Origin: the human T2T-CHM13v2.0 reference genome, Homo sapiens
Length of the DNA: 64,000 nucleotides
Strand: one strand, 5' to 3'
Assembly (NCBI RefSeq): GCF_009914755.1
Contig: NC_060925.1
A program made the position numbers and the translations under genes. Positions 11,445-24,375 of the stretch are shown piece by piece. The notes under the pieces are model-generated. The model was not told where the DNA came from. It worked only from the letters and a program-made list of their open reading frames with translations, and ran no database searches. Numbering within the stretch: the stretch's first letter is position 1; each line of letters opens with the position of its first letter.

Positions 11445-11650
11445 GTTGACGGATTAGCTCAGCAGCCCTGCCCGGCCAGGGTCCTCGCCCCTTCCTACGC
11501 TGGGAAGAGGCGGCAAGCTGTGTTTATTTAGACTCCCTCAAGCTGACAGCTTGAATCAGGCTAATTTACCTGAAGTACACCAACCGTCTCTCTATTTATT
11601 TTACGATATTTCACCAGCGTAACCCAATCCCCACCCCTCACCGCCTGTTT
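11445..11650. promoter_or_regulatory. Candidate conserved non-coding enhancer
   Basis: GGATTA, forkhead-type TGTTTATTT at 11521, palindrome TCAAGCTG-A-CAGCTTGA 11538-11554 containing TGACAG, TTTTACGA 11599-11606. Confidence 0.55.
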
Positions 11651-12659
11651 ACCGTGGCCCAGGACAGCGCATCTGTCCCTCATAGCCCTCGGCTGCTGCC
11701 CTGCCTTTCAAGGACGGCAAAGACGTTTCCGAACGGGGTCGCCCGGGGGCAGGCTGGGCTTGAGGACAGCTGGGCGGCACCCGGAGCCTTCGGGACTCAG
11801 GGTGTGGAGTTGGGGTGTGCAGTACGTGCCCACAGGCTGGGTGAGGCCTCAGGGTGAATGGCCGGAGGGGGCCTTGCACCTGCACGAGGATTCTGGCCTC
11901 ACCTGGGCAGGGGGAGGAGCTGCTGGCGCCAGCCCAGCAAGGAAGCAAGGAGGGCCACTTTGACCCCAGGGCGGCACATGCCGTCTACTCAGGTTCCCTC
12001 ACGCTCGGCCCGGACAGAACCATTGACCCACTTTGCAGAAAGGAAAGACCTGGACCTGGAGTCACTCACCCAGCCGGCATCAGGAAGGCCCGGCTGCTCC
12101 CAGGATCGTGCTGCCCAGGCTCAGGGCATGGGCCAGGCAGGCTGGACAAGTTACCCCAGGGACAGGGCTGGGGCTGCTGGAGGCAGAGAACACCCTGGCC
12201 CAGCGAAAGAATCCACAAGCCAGCCAAGAGAAGGCCGTGCCTTCTGTCCTAGGAACAACTCGACAGAGGCAGAGACCACGCACACAGAGATGGTTTTGGC
12301 TATTAATCCTGACAGAGAAGAAGCAGGAATGGCTGTGTGCCCACCTGAGGGAAACGCTTGCTGAGCCTGCTGTGTCCAGGGCTCGGGCATCAAGCAGGAC
12401 TCCAGGGGCCACCCAGAGGCCATGCTGCTGCGCGGACTGGGTGTTGGCTCAGCGTTTGACAAACACCTCTGAGAGTGGGCTCTGTGCTGCTGCCAGTCCT
12501 GGTCCGAGGGTGCGGCCACCAAGGAAAGCCCCTGCCCCAGCTGCGTGGGAGCTGCCCGGCCAGGCTAACCACAAACTCGCAAAAGACAAGTGGACAAATA
12601 CCTTTGAGAGGAGGTTGGAGAAAGCAAAACTGAAATACAGGGGCCCAGATGAAGGGTGT

Positions 12660-12800
12660 TCCGTGGGCAGTTAGGAAGGGCTTCCTGGAGGAGGTGAATT
12701 GGTGCTGAGGTTGGAATGCTGAGGCTGAGCCTCCACAGGAGGTCTGGGCAGGAGTCCTGGGCAGAGAGGAGCCTGTACAAAGGCTCTGGGGTGGAGCTAA
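12660..12800 (-). mobile_element. L2 LINE fragment
   Basis: ggaagggcttcctggaggaggtga...gcctgtacaaaggctctgggg is a typical reverse L2 3' region. Confidence 0.6.
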
Positions 12801-13689
12801 TCCTGAGCATGGGTGGCTGGAGTGACCAGAGCTCCGAGGCTTGTGGGAGGTGAGGCCACGAGGACCTGGTGCTCACAGAGCCGGGGGAACATGGACCAGC
12901 CCAGCTCTCCCAGTGCCCTCCAAGCCCGGCAGGGAGGAAGCGCATCAGTGATGTCATCATCATCCTGTTCAGGATGCTGGGGTTACGGGCAATTGTAAAT
13001 TAGATTTCTACACCATCCAAAGTGCCTCCAGGACGTTTTCTTTTCCCTGAAGTGTTAACAACAGACAAACTCTAGAGTTGCTGCTCCCCTCTGCCCTGGA
13101 TCCGTGGCCTGACAGGGTGGCTGCTCTGCAGCGGTTGGTCACCTGCAGGGGGAAGGGGCCCAGCCTGCCCGTGGGGTCCCCTGGCCTCCCTCCAGCCCCT
13201 CACTCCCCTAAGCCCCAGCCTCCTGGCCAGGGGGAAGGCAGCCTCCTCTTTCTCACACCCTGGGTGCCTCAAGGGGGCAGTGCTCACCCCAAGCTAGGGC
13301 TTGTGGCCCCCGGCCCTGGGGGCTGATTTGGAGGTGAGAGCGCCTCAGTGCCTCTCAGATCCCAAGAAGGAGGGCCAGTGGCCTCCACCATCCCGGCCTG
13401 CAGCCCCAGGGCCACCTATGGCTGCTGCCTGCCTGGGCATCGTACGGAGGCCAAGGGTTCAGGGGCCTTTGCCTCTTCCCCTGCAAGAACGTGAGCGAGC
13501 CATTCCCTGATGTGGGGCAGGGGCGGCGAGGGGAGGGGAGGTGGAGCCAGGCTGGGCCAGGCAGGCAGGCACCAGGGGTCAGTGGGAGGGTGGGCCGGCC
13601 CGGGGGGATGCTGTCGCCCGTCTGCAGTGCCAGCTCTTCTCCTGCACGCTCCCTCCCGGGACGGGCCATGGCCTTGCTGGGCCATACGT

Positions 13690-13795
13690 CTCTGTCAAAA
13701 TCTCTATGAATAAATTAACCTTTTTAAAGATTAGTGCTCTCTAATACCTCAGGGTTTTTTAAACACAGCAAATGCTACAAATATTTTGCCGAGCA
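13690..13795. promoter_or_regulatory. Short AT-rich candidate regulatory island
   Basis: CTGTCA, TAAATTAA, AGATTA and CTAAT in an abrupt AT-rich block. Confidence 0.35.
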
Positions 13796-15344
13796 TGGCT
13801 GGCGTGCAGGGCTGCCGTCGGCAAAGGCCCCACCCAGCGTCCCTCCATGGGCCGGCCCTGCCAGCTGGACCTCCACCCAGGCTGCCCTGACACTCCAGGA
13901 GCAGGTTCCGGCCCCCATGGGGGAGCAGCATCGCCCTGTGGGGCGGAAAGTTGAGGGCGTCCACCCCACAGGAGGCAGGAGGGCGTGGCTGTGCCCACGG
14001 GCAGAGAGTCCGTTGCTGCTGGCCTCTTCCTCTGAGTCTTTGTGCACAAGATGGGCCGGGCAGTCACAGTCCCTGGAGCTGTCCACGAAGCCACCTGACT
14101 CCTGGGGTCAGATGGGGGCTGGCACTTCTGTCACCCACCTCGGTGGCCTTCCTCTTGTCAGCCAGGGGTGGAGGCAGTGTGAAGGCGGGGCGGGGGGTTT
14201 TACAGTCAGGGGCTGCGGCTTCTCTCCAGTGGTTGAGGAAGGGGGGCGACCCAGGCAGGGGTTTGAGGTGCAGGAAGGCAGGAAGTTGAGAAACACTGGC
14301 TTTTGGGGGCCGTCGAGGTGGGGGACTCTGTGTGTGGACAGAGGGCGTCGGTGAGCTCAGAGGGTGGGGGTCTCTGGGCAGGGAGAGAACAGGCTGCAGG
14401 GGCTGCTCCCTGGGGTGCCCGGCTGCAGGTGGAGGAGTGGGGCTCTTGTCCTGAGCCCAAGGGAGCCACTGAAGGCTGTGAAGGAAGAGGTGATGTCACA
14501 GAGCTGGGACAAGGCCCCCAGAGAGCAGGATGGAGTGGGGTGTGTGTGGGCTATTCCAACAGGCCCGGTGAGGCCATGAGGCCAGAGTGGGAGCACTGAG
14601 GGGAAGGGAAGGGGCCCAGACCCCCGAGCCCTCTTCTCAGGACAAAGTCACCCTCTGACCCACTCCAAGGTGGTCAGCTCCCCGAGGGCTGGGCTTGGCC
14701 ACGGCTGGTCCCCAGCTCCCAGAGCCTGGCCTGGCACGGGCAGGAGCTGAAGAGCTCACACCTGGGGGGATGTGGGTCCACATGTGCCCTGGAGCCCCGG
14801 CCTCCCTCTGGCCTAAATCGGCTCACTTTCCTGGGAGCGGGGGTGACTCCCCGCAGCGTCCCAAGTTCCCAGGGCTCCCCACAGGCCCCAAGGACGCAGT
14901 GTTATCTTCACTGCTCAGGGGACCCAGGAGGGAGCTACCAGCCGGGACCTCACCTGCCACGAGCCTCCCCTCATCGGTGTCGGTTCAGAACTGTCCAGCT
15001 CTCCCTGCAGGAGCAGGCAGCCTGCGACCCCCGCCCCAAGGCCCTTGCACCAGGCGAGGGTCCTCTGTCAGGTGGGGGCTCCAAGGAGCTGTGGCGGGTG
15101 TGGGGTCTTCTCCTCGCTCCCAAGTTTTGTATCCAGCCCTGGCCCATGAGGGGCAGCTGGGGTCCCTCCCTTGTGCCTGCTGTGTGCCCGGCACCGGGAG
15201 GAGAGCTGGCCCCTGCCCTGCCAGTGTGCAGACCCCAGAGGGAAGAGGAGGATGAAGGGCCTTGGGAACAGGACTGGGCAGACGGGGATCCTAAGCCTTC
15301 CTTAGAGTGTGCGAAGCCTCAGGCTCTCTGTTGAGGAGCGTTTG

Positions 15345-15420
15345 CTGCTTCATTTCAACAAATACCCTCTGTGCATCCACTGTGCACCAGGCTCCAGCTC
15401 TGTCCCCTCCTGGGACATCC
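15345..15420 (-). mobile_element. L2 3' end fragment
   Basis: ttcatttcaacaaatac...cactgtgcaccaggc. Confidence 0.5.
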
Positions 15421-15559
15421 TCGCTGTGGCCCCCGTAGAAGGGGAAGCCAGGCTCCTGCCCTCACTTGCTGGGAGGCAGCAGGGCCTGGCTCAACTCCTG
15501 GCATCTCCACCCAGTGCAGCCCCCGGGGCCAGCCCTCCCTGGGTATTTGGGTCTTCCAG

Positions 15560-15760
15560 ATGCTGACTGTCCTCTTCCCTACCTCCCCACTCTTTTGCCT
15601 CCACTTAAATGCCTCTTCCTCCAGGAAGCCTGCCCTGATCCCCATGGCTGAGTTTGACCCCCCACCCCACCATCATTCCTGGTCAAGGCACCTGGCCCTG
15701 CGTGGTCACTGGATGATTTCACATGTCACATTCTCCCCTGAGAGCTGTGGGTGCTGAGAG
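15560..15760 (+). mobile_element. L2 fragment
   Basis: cttaaatgcctcttcctccaggaagcctgccctgatcccc. Confidence 0.55.
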
Positions 15761-16364
15761 TTCCAGGCCACCAGTCACGAGGATGGAGACGGACGGGGGA
15801 GTTACACAGGGTGGGAGGGGAGCTGGGGTCTCCCTTGACCAGGCAAGGTGGGGCATGTGGAGGAGAGGACAGCCCCTTGCCTGGAAGTAGACAGGCTCCC
15901 TGGGGTGTGTGTCCGGCTAGGGTGAGTGAGAGGAGCCGGCCTGTCACCACCTGGTATCATCACCACCTCCATGACCCAGCCCTGCCCAGAAGGCCCAGAG
16001 CCCTGAACCCAGCTGGCATCCAATGGCAGTAGGTCAGCCCACCCTGAGGGTGTGGACGTCCTGCTGGCCAGAGCCTGTCTTAGCAGCCTGCCTGGAGACA
16101 GGGCCTCCCTAGACTCCCTGGGGGCCCAGGCATTCTGGCCTTCTGAGGCTGTTCTAGACATCATGGGTTGCAGAATCTTGAGGGGTCAAATGGCCCCACT
16201 GCCAGGGTCTGCCTGGAGACCCCAACAGGGGCCCCAAGGCGGTAAGCCTCAGAGAGCTCTAACAAAATCGAGTCCAGCAGCCTCCCCTAGTGATGGATTA
16301 CTGTGCCCTGAGCCAAATTCCTGGGGCAAGGACTTGGTGAGAATGAAGTTTGTGAAGTGGAAGC

Positions 16365-16480
16365 TAGACAAGGAAACTGAGGCTTCACGAAGCTAGGTGG
16401 CTGGGCCAGGGTCACCCTGCTAGCCAACAACGTCAGGGCTGGGCTCAAAGGCAGGCACCTGGCCCTGGGCTGGAATCCCC
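16365..16480 (-). mobile_element. MIR fragment
   Basis: aaggaaactgaggcttcacgaagctaggtggctgggccagggtcac. Confidence 0.6.
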
Positions 16481-16561
16481 TCCATGGCCTAGTGGGGAGG
16501 TGAACTGAGACAGGAAGGGCAAATTCAGATTGAGTTTCATCCCAGGGCACTGGCCCAGCCC

Positions 16562-16808
16562 CAGCCCAACTATTCTTCCATCTCGTGGTGCAGCCTTGGA
16601 TGACCCAGCTATCCCTCTGCCTCATGGTGCAGCCTTGGACAGCCCAGCTATCCTTCTGCCTCGTGGTGCAGCCTTGGATAGCCAAGCTATCCTTCTGCCT
16701 CATGGTGCAGCCTTGGACTGCCCAGTTATCCTTCCGCCTCATGGTGCAGGCTTGGATGGCCCAGCTATCCTTCCACCTCATGGTGCAGCCTTGGATTGCC
16801 CAGCTCCT
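16562..16808. repeat. 39-bp minisatellite, ~6.3 copies
   Basis: Unit CCCAGCTATCCTTCTGCCTCATGGTGCAGCCTTGGAYDG. Confidence 0.95.
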
Positions 16809-17834
16809 CTGGCTGTACTTCCTCCCCACACAGAGGAAAGCTCAGGCTGAGGTCAGGCCGGGAAGAGTTTTGGAGCACACTTCGTCTTTTGCAGTCTTCG
16901 CTTCCCACCTCTCACAGCCTCTTCATATTTTCCTCTCACTAAACTAAACACTCCAAAGCTGGAAGGGGCTACTAGAACATTCCTTCTAAGGGGTGGTGAA
17001 GGGACCTGGGGGGTGAGCTGATATGAGAAAGAGCCCTCAATTTACCACTTTGTGACTCATCCCTGACAAAGTCCCCAAGGGCTTTGGGCACCAGCCGGGC
17101 AGCTTGGCTGGTCAGGGCTGGGCCTCTGCAGCACCTCTCAGAAGCCTCCTGTCCTGAACATGCTTTTCCGGAGGGAGTCCCTTGGTTTGGTCACTCTCCA
17201 GGGCTTCTCTGTGTGGCTTGGAGGGGCCTGGGAGGACTGGCCTAGGCAGCTGGGTAGGAGCCCCCCTTTCTTCTCTGCATGTCCCAGGGGCCTTCTGGGG
17301 ATGAGGACCGGGGAGCCAGGCAGAAATGGGGTTACGGCAGAGCATTTTCTGGTGGGTCCTCCCCGTGAGGCCTCAGGTGAAGCTGGCGCTGCCCAGACAC
17401 CTCCGAGACTCATCCCTGCCCCTGAGCTCCAAGTCAGGGACCAGGACCTGGGCCCCCAGCATGGCTTCCCTTAGGCCAGGGCATGACTGTCCCCAGCCTC
17501 TCTCTCTCTGAGTTGAGGGGTGCCCAGCCACTGCTTCCCACTTTCTTAATTGCAGCTTATCCCTCTGGCAGGGGTGCGGGAGGGGCAGCATGAGCCAAAT
17601 GTCCACCTTCAGCCAGGGGTGACAGCGTGTGGAGGGTGTGAAACCTGGCCTGTCTGAGTGTTTGCTGTAGGAGGGCTCCTGTGTCCCCTGGCCCCCAGGC
17701 ACTGGGGCTGACCCTCTGCTTTTCCAAGTGCTCCTCAGAGCCTAGGAAAAGGCACCTGTTACCCGCCCATGCCCTATTAGTATAAGCTCCATTTATTACA
17801 GCTGCAAGCTCTCCCCAGCCTGCCAACCTGAGGA

Positions 17835-18350
<516 letters not shown>

Positions 18351-20379
18351 TAAACTGCAGCGTTATTTACAAGATGAAGTGAAACTAAGGAATGTGGCTT
18401 CCAGGCTGTGGCTCTGTCCTGGATATCGGCTCAGGAGACCCTTCCTCCTCCCCAACTCCCTGGGCCTGGATTCCTCTGAGGGCTGTGCTGCTGTCCTGGG
18501 GTTGGAGTCTCTCTCTCTCTGTCTCCTGGAGGTGCCCTGAGGCGATGCTTTAAGGTTCCTCTGTCCTAGGGCGATTGTTGGGGTAGGTTTAATCTCTGCT
18601 CTCTCTTCCAGTTCTGCCCCCTCAAGGAAGCCCTCCTGAAGACCCTGTGGCTCCACCAGACCCTCCTCCTCTCTGAGTCCCTGGATGGATCCCGGGGGGT
18701 TTCCGAATTCTCCCCTGGGTGAGTCGACCCCTTCCACTTGCCCTCTGAGGCTGTCCGGGCCTGGAAGACAGAGACGGCCACTCCTCAGGTCCCCCCAGCC
18801 TCCGCCCAGGCCTGGGACAGGCAGCCACTGGGGAGAGAGGTGAGACTGTGATGGCTCACGGGCAGCTACTGGGCAAAACCACGACGATGGCAATGATGGC
18901 AACAATGGTGATGATGGTGACGGTGACAGGAATTGCTCCCCTGGGGTGCCCGCAGTGGCCCCGCACCTGCCTCTCCCTGTTTAATCCTGTAGTGGCTGCT
19001 GGACATGGGTTCTCTCTCCTCATCCTATGGTCTCAGACAAGGACGCAGAGGTGTTGGGAGGCACTGCTGTCTGTCCAGCCTGCCTCTGGAAAGTCTAGCT
19101 GGAGGCGGTGCCGGAAGGTTGGGCAGGGGTAGCCGTGGGGCAGAAGGAGGCCTGGTGAAAACACAAAATGTGAACAGCAAGGTGGCTTCAGCGCATGGGT
19201 TTGCTTAAGTCTCAGAGTCAGGAGCGGCCAGCCAGGGCAGGCAGGGGCCCATCCCAGCATTACCTGGCCTCCCTGAGTGGCTTGGTTGGGGGGCAACCAT
19301 GGCTCTGAGCTGGGGTGATGCAGGATTGGGGGTCTGTGTGGAAAGGGGGCACCCGATGCTCGTTAAACGAAGCCTTCCTCATGCGACAGAGGCAGCGGCA
19401 CGTTTCACCCAATGCTATTATTAAAAATGCAACCAGTGCTTTTGTATGGAGAACAACCCACCTGCTGGTCAGCCTTTGCCCCACACCCTCTGGCAGAAGC
19501 ATAGTCTGTGCCAGGAACTAGGGAGGGCTGGGAGTGACGGCGGTGAGGTCCTGAAGAAAATAAAAGGGAAAAACACAGGTCCTGTCCCAGAATATCTTGG
19601 AGTAGGAAGGAGGGGCCAGGGTTGAAGGGCTGTTAAGCCAGGAGGACTTCTTGGAAGAGGCGGTATTTCACTCAAGAGCAGTCTAGCATTTCCCTCCTAC
19701 CGTCTCAGGTGTAATTTCCTTTCACTGGGAAATATAAAACCCCAACGTAAGGCAGGCGGACCCTTCTCTACCCTGGTGGGCAAAATTCAGAGGGGTCTAG
19801 GGGAGGATGGTCAGCCCCTAGGTCAGAGTCTACAGGACACGGCCCCTGTGGGTGTGCATGTGAGCCATGTGGGTGCTGGGTGGGGCAGAGAGAGGCCCGG
19901 GGCACTTAGTTCTCTGTTGGGTGACGTCATGGTTTCAGCTCTGCCAGCTGGGCTTGGAGTGGCCAGTGGGCTGCAGGCATCAGCTGGCCGACGTCTGCGT
20001 CCTGCAGACACAACATTAGAGAGAGGGGGAAGGGGGAGTTCTGGCACTTCAGAGACCCCCGAGGACTCTCTATCACTCCTGTTTGCAGGGTGGAGGGGAA
20101 GGGCTGGCCTTGCAGGAAGCCTGGGGGAGGGTGCGTCCGGCTGGCTCTGCCAGATCGTCCCTGGCTGGGCCACCCAGGCAGGACGGCACCTCCCGGGCCA
20201 GCTGGCTCCTGTCCATCCTCGGTTTCCCTCCCTCCGCCCCACATCATGGCGCAGAAAGTGGGGCAGGCGCTGGGCTCTGTGGTGCTGTGTCTGGGGTGAA
20301 GACCCTCTAGAAGGAGGGGCAGGGTGGGGCTCACGGGGCTCCTGTCACCCAGCCCCACCCGTGACCCACACAGACGCAT

Positions 20380-20630
20380 GGCAGATCTCACAAAAGGTGA
20401 CTCCACAGGCTTTGGACCAAATCCCAAATTTGCTTCCAAGAGCCTCTGTTGATAGAGCCGGGCTCCTCTCTGGGGTCGGTCAGGCCTCCATACACCTCGA
20501 GAGTTTACAACTCTATCGCTAAATCGAAAGTTGGCCTTGGTTTTAATTCCAAGGGCAAACCACATACTGTGGGGGGAATCCCGGGAATGCGTTTTAGGGC
20601 GATTGCCAGCGAATGTGTTTCCAGGGCTTC
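20380..20630. promoter_or_regulatory. Candidate enhancer with NF-kB, RUNX, TEAD and NR5A-like motifs
   Basis: CCTTGG-TTTTAATT-CCAAGG 20535-20554, AACCACA 20558-20564, GGGGAATCCC 20573-20582, GGAATG 20584-20589; CpGs retained. Confidence 0.4.
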
Positions 20631-21369
20631 CCACCCCTAGAGACGGCCTGGGTGGGTCCAGGAGCCCCTGGAGGATGGGCTTTCTAGAACTCTCCGCCCC
20701 AAGGTGTTCCGGCAGGTTCCCTCACACCAGTGCTTGTCACCTCTGTGCAGCCGTGTGGGTTATGGGTTGGCATCTGTCTCGTAGCTGCAGTTTTTGGGGG
20801 CTTTTGCAGGACCCAAGACCCTGCTTCCTCTTTCTGTTTGAATGGAGCCGCCTGGTGGCCTGGCCTGGGGTGCTCTTGGTCCTGTGGTCTGGAGGACGAG
20901 GGGCTCCTTGAGGCCTGGGGTCCCATCCATAGGATGATGTCACAAACCCACTCCCGTTTCCCGGTGTGGGGCCGGGCCCCAGGTTAGCGTGCTCAGCTGA
21001 GGAGGGGCCAAGGAAGCTCAGGAGCCCCATCAGCCTCTCTTAGGTCTTCCCCGCTTTCTGGGCCTCCCAGTGGGTCCTGGACACTGTATCAGTGCTCTGT
21101 GCTGGACTCCTCTCTCCCCGGGGCTCTCCAGGCACTCTTCCAGCTGCCGTGGGCAGGGGTGGCCGCTGGGAGACAGAACGTGGCCACAGAGGCCTGGGCT
21201 GAGTGGCTAGCCTGGCCTGGAAGCCGAGGGTGCCCTGGCCCCTGCCCTGCTCCGGGCCCCGCTCATGGGAAGGGTCCTCAGACCCTCGCACCCCGCAGGA
21301 ATCTGCTGCATCCGCAGAGGGAGTTGGGCCCGGTGCCGCCTGGCCGGCCAGTAGGTGGTGTCTCTGGCC

Positions 21370-21605
21370 TGCTTTCCAGCGCCTGGCCTGCCTTTCCCGC
21401 TCGCTGGCCTGCCGGCGGCCGCCCGCACCTCCGCGCAAGCTGGCCACATCTGGAAATGTTTGATTTGATATAGTGTCGCTTTACATTGCAGAAATGAGCG
21501 TAAGCGGTTTTTTAACCCACCGAGTGAGAAATGCGATCTGGGTTTTACTGCCGACCCTTTAAATAAAAAACAGATCACTTATTAAACCATTATCTATCAA
21601 GGATG
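21370..21605. promoter_or_regulatory. CpG patch plus AT-rich candidate enhancer
   Basis: GCGGCCGC 21415-21422, then an AT-rich block with TTTGATTTGAT, TAAATAAA, TATTAAA and ATTATCT. Confidence 0.5.
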
Positions 21606-22761
21606 GGGGGTGGGTGTCGAGAGTGGACGGGGATCCGGCGCAGATGGAAGGGATGCGGCCTCTGTCTCTTGGCTGATGGAAGGGTTGGGGGCCCGGGCCG
21701 CTGGCATGTCACTCCCAGGGGATGAGGGAGGGAACCAGGTGCCCACCGCCTGTCCCATCCACCCTGTGCCAGCTGCTGCCAGTGGAGAGGCGACACTTTC
21801 CTTGCTGGAGGAAGGGCTTAAGGCTCACTGGCCTGGCTGCTCACCGGCCCTGAAACGGAGGCTCCCCATCAGAGTGGGAGGGGAGAACTGCAGGGGCTGA
21901 CCAGGCCACGGTTGCTGGTCCCAGGGCAGGGGTCCCCAAAGCCACAGGAGAAGGCATGGACCTGGCTGTGCTCAGGGGCTCCTTGGCATCCCTCTCCTCA
22001 GAGTCCTCTCTCCCTTGACCTTGGCTTTTGAACAGAGCTGGGTTCCCAGTTCAGGACCTTTAACTCCGTCAGCCACCCCTGGGCTCGTCTTTCAAGGAGG
22101 GTTCCGGGGTTTCAAAGGTGCCTCACATGACCCTGCCACGTGGTGACTCAGTGGAGGGGCCGTCCCAGGGGTGCTGGGCTGAAGTGGGCCACATGCTTTG
22201 TCTCTGGCCACGGCCTCGTGTGTGGGTTGTGCGGATGGGCCTGTCGGTGACCAGCACTTGGTCCAGGGGCCTGGGGCCCTTCCCGGGGTTGTAGACACAT
22301 TTCTACAGCTGTGGGCCGGGCGCCGCTCCACCGGCTGGCACGAGCCTCTGCTGCCCACTCTGTGCCTGGTTCCTGGCCTGCTGGGAACAGGAGGAGCTCC
22401 GGGAGCGTGGAAGGTGACCAGTCCCCACCCGCATGGGCGTTTGAACTGTTCTGTGCTTTGAGTCGGGAGCCTCCTTGGAGTGGGGTTCAGTCAATGCTGC
22501 CCTATTCCTGCAGTATTTTTGGTAAGTGACTCCCTTCCGCTCTGTGGACATGCCTTTGGTAAGCTGACCAGAGTCCTCCTGGCGTTCCTCCACCTGGACA
22601 CACCGCAGACGCACCCTGTCCGGTGTGAGCAGTACCCGTTCCTCAGCCGTGGAGCCCCTTCCTCCATCCTCCGAGAAGCTGGGGGCTGGTGTGACCCCAG
22701 GGGTTTCCCGAGCTGGTACCAGAGATGGTGTTGAGAAGATGGTCAGGCTGACCAGGCCCAG

Positions 22762-22926
22762 GCACAGAGGCAGAGTGACCTGGGGCAGGCGGCGTTGGGG
22801 ACCGTCAGGAGGACAGAGGTGGAGCGGCCTGGAGCAGGCGGCGTTGGGGACCGTCAGGAGGACAGAGGCGGAGTGGCCTGGAGCAGGCGGCGTTGGGGAC
22901 CGTCAGGAGGACAGAGGCGGAGTGGA
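22762..22926. repeat. 49-bp minisatellite, ~3.3 copies
   Basis: GGCGTTGGGGACCGTCAGGAGGACAGAGG at 22791, 22840, 22889. Confidence 0.95.
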
Positions 22927-23779
22927 CATGAGAGGATAGCATCCCGGGACACGGGTGAAGGAGGTGCCATGCTGATGGTGACCAGGCAAAGCCAGGGGCC
23001 AGGTTCTGAGGACAGAACCACAGGTTACGCGGCGTGAACAGAGCTCAGGAGGATGGGTGGTGGGTGCCTGCTGAGCTAGCTGGGAACTGGGCCTGGGGCC
23101 GGCTCTGCCGCAATTCCACGGGAATCTGCAAATCCCCAGGCCTCATTGCAGGTTCTGTGGCCTGTCGTGAGACAGAGGGAGGCACGTGACCATGTAGACC
23201 CACTGGGCCTCGAGACCTCTGGGCTGGGCACTGCCTGGGCAGGAATGGGGTTCACGGAGAGTTCCCACCTCCAGGTCTGGCAGGGAACAGGGTGTGTGGC
23301 TCCCCAGGAGGGTTGGCTGCCACCATCTTTGCCCTCGTCACTCAACAACCCTTGGTGGGGTGCAGAGACCTGAGCTTGGGGGAGTCTCAGAGACACAGAC
23401 AGAGCCAGCACTGGTCATCTAATGTCTGGGGACAGCTCCTGGCAGCCGGGCCCATCTGCGTCACCCACCTTCTCTGGGCAGGGCAGGCTGGCCCTGGCTG
23501 CTGGCTGTTGTGGGGGTGGGCCAGGGGTGGCCAACGGATGGGTCTCAGGAGACCAGTGAGGGGTGGGCTGTCCAGGAAAGGAGGTGGGCCGAGCGGACAG
23601 AGAGGACCCTGGTAGTGGAGCGGAGGCACGCAGAGTGGGGAGGCGGGGTGAGGTCCTTTCGGGGCAGCCGTCCTGGGGCTGGTTTCTGTCATGTCAGTGC
23701 CCCTGTAGAGGGATTTACTGAGCTCATGACTGGTCCCCTGGCATGGCAGGGTGCTCATAAGGACAGCCAAAGTCTCCTG

Positions 23780-23990
23780 TGTGTGCGACAGCTCTCAGCA
23801 GCCCCCGGCTTGGTCCTGACTGCACTGGAGTGGGAGCCGTGTCCCCAGTCTGCAGGTGAGAAAAGGGAGGTCTAAAGAGGGTGAGGGGCTGGCCCAGGGC
23901 CACACAGCCAGAAGGGGCGGGTGCAAGGCTGGGAAGCACAGGGCGGTGCTGGGCAGGATCCCAGGGGTTGGGTGCCACTGTCAGGGGCCC
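23780..23990 (-). mobile_element. MIR fragment
   Basis: gtccccagtctgcaggtgagaaaagggagg...ggcccagggccacacagccag. Confidence 0.55.
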
Positions 23991-24259
23991 CAAGTCCCTC
24001 TGGCCCCTCGCACACAAGCATGGCCACCGAGGCTGGAAGGGCAGCAGCGTTTCTGTGCCACGGCCGGGTCCTTCAGCCCCCAAGGGGACAGGGAGGAAGC
24101 CGCCTCACTTCCCACCTCTGGCAGCCCCTGGGCCTCTTCAGCGAGGGTGACCACAAGGTCACGGCCTCCCCACCGTCCCCCGGTCATGGGGCTTCCAGAC
24201 AGCACACACCTGGATTGGCTGCCCCGTCCTCGCTATGCCCTGCTGCCCATAGTGGCTTG

Positions 24260-24375
24260 GCCTGGACAGATTTATCTGAGCTGTCACAGCCAATAGAAAA
24301 ATGGGGCCGCCCGAGCCACCGTGTAGTTACAGTGACCGAGCGGGCACTGGGCACACGTGTGATTTATGGGTCCTG
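24260..24375. promoter_or_regulatory. Candidate HOX-TALE module
   Basis: CTGTCA (MEIS, reverse) 24281-24286, CACGTG 24354-24359 abutting TGATTTATGG 24360-24369. Confidence 0.45.

Noticed and set aside
16287-16947. Repeat-peptide ORFs with a 13-aa period
   Set aside because: Consequence of a 39-bp unit; open in several frames, with no exon context
19725-19745. TATAAAA as a core promoter
   Set aside because: Isolated motif with no supporting exon or CpG-island structure
22762-22926. CRISPR-like appearance of this and other short direct-repeat arrays
   Set aside because: Head-to-tail units without unique spacers, no cas genes, primate DNA
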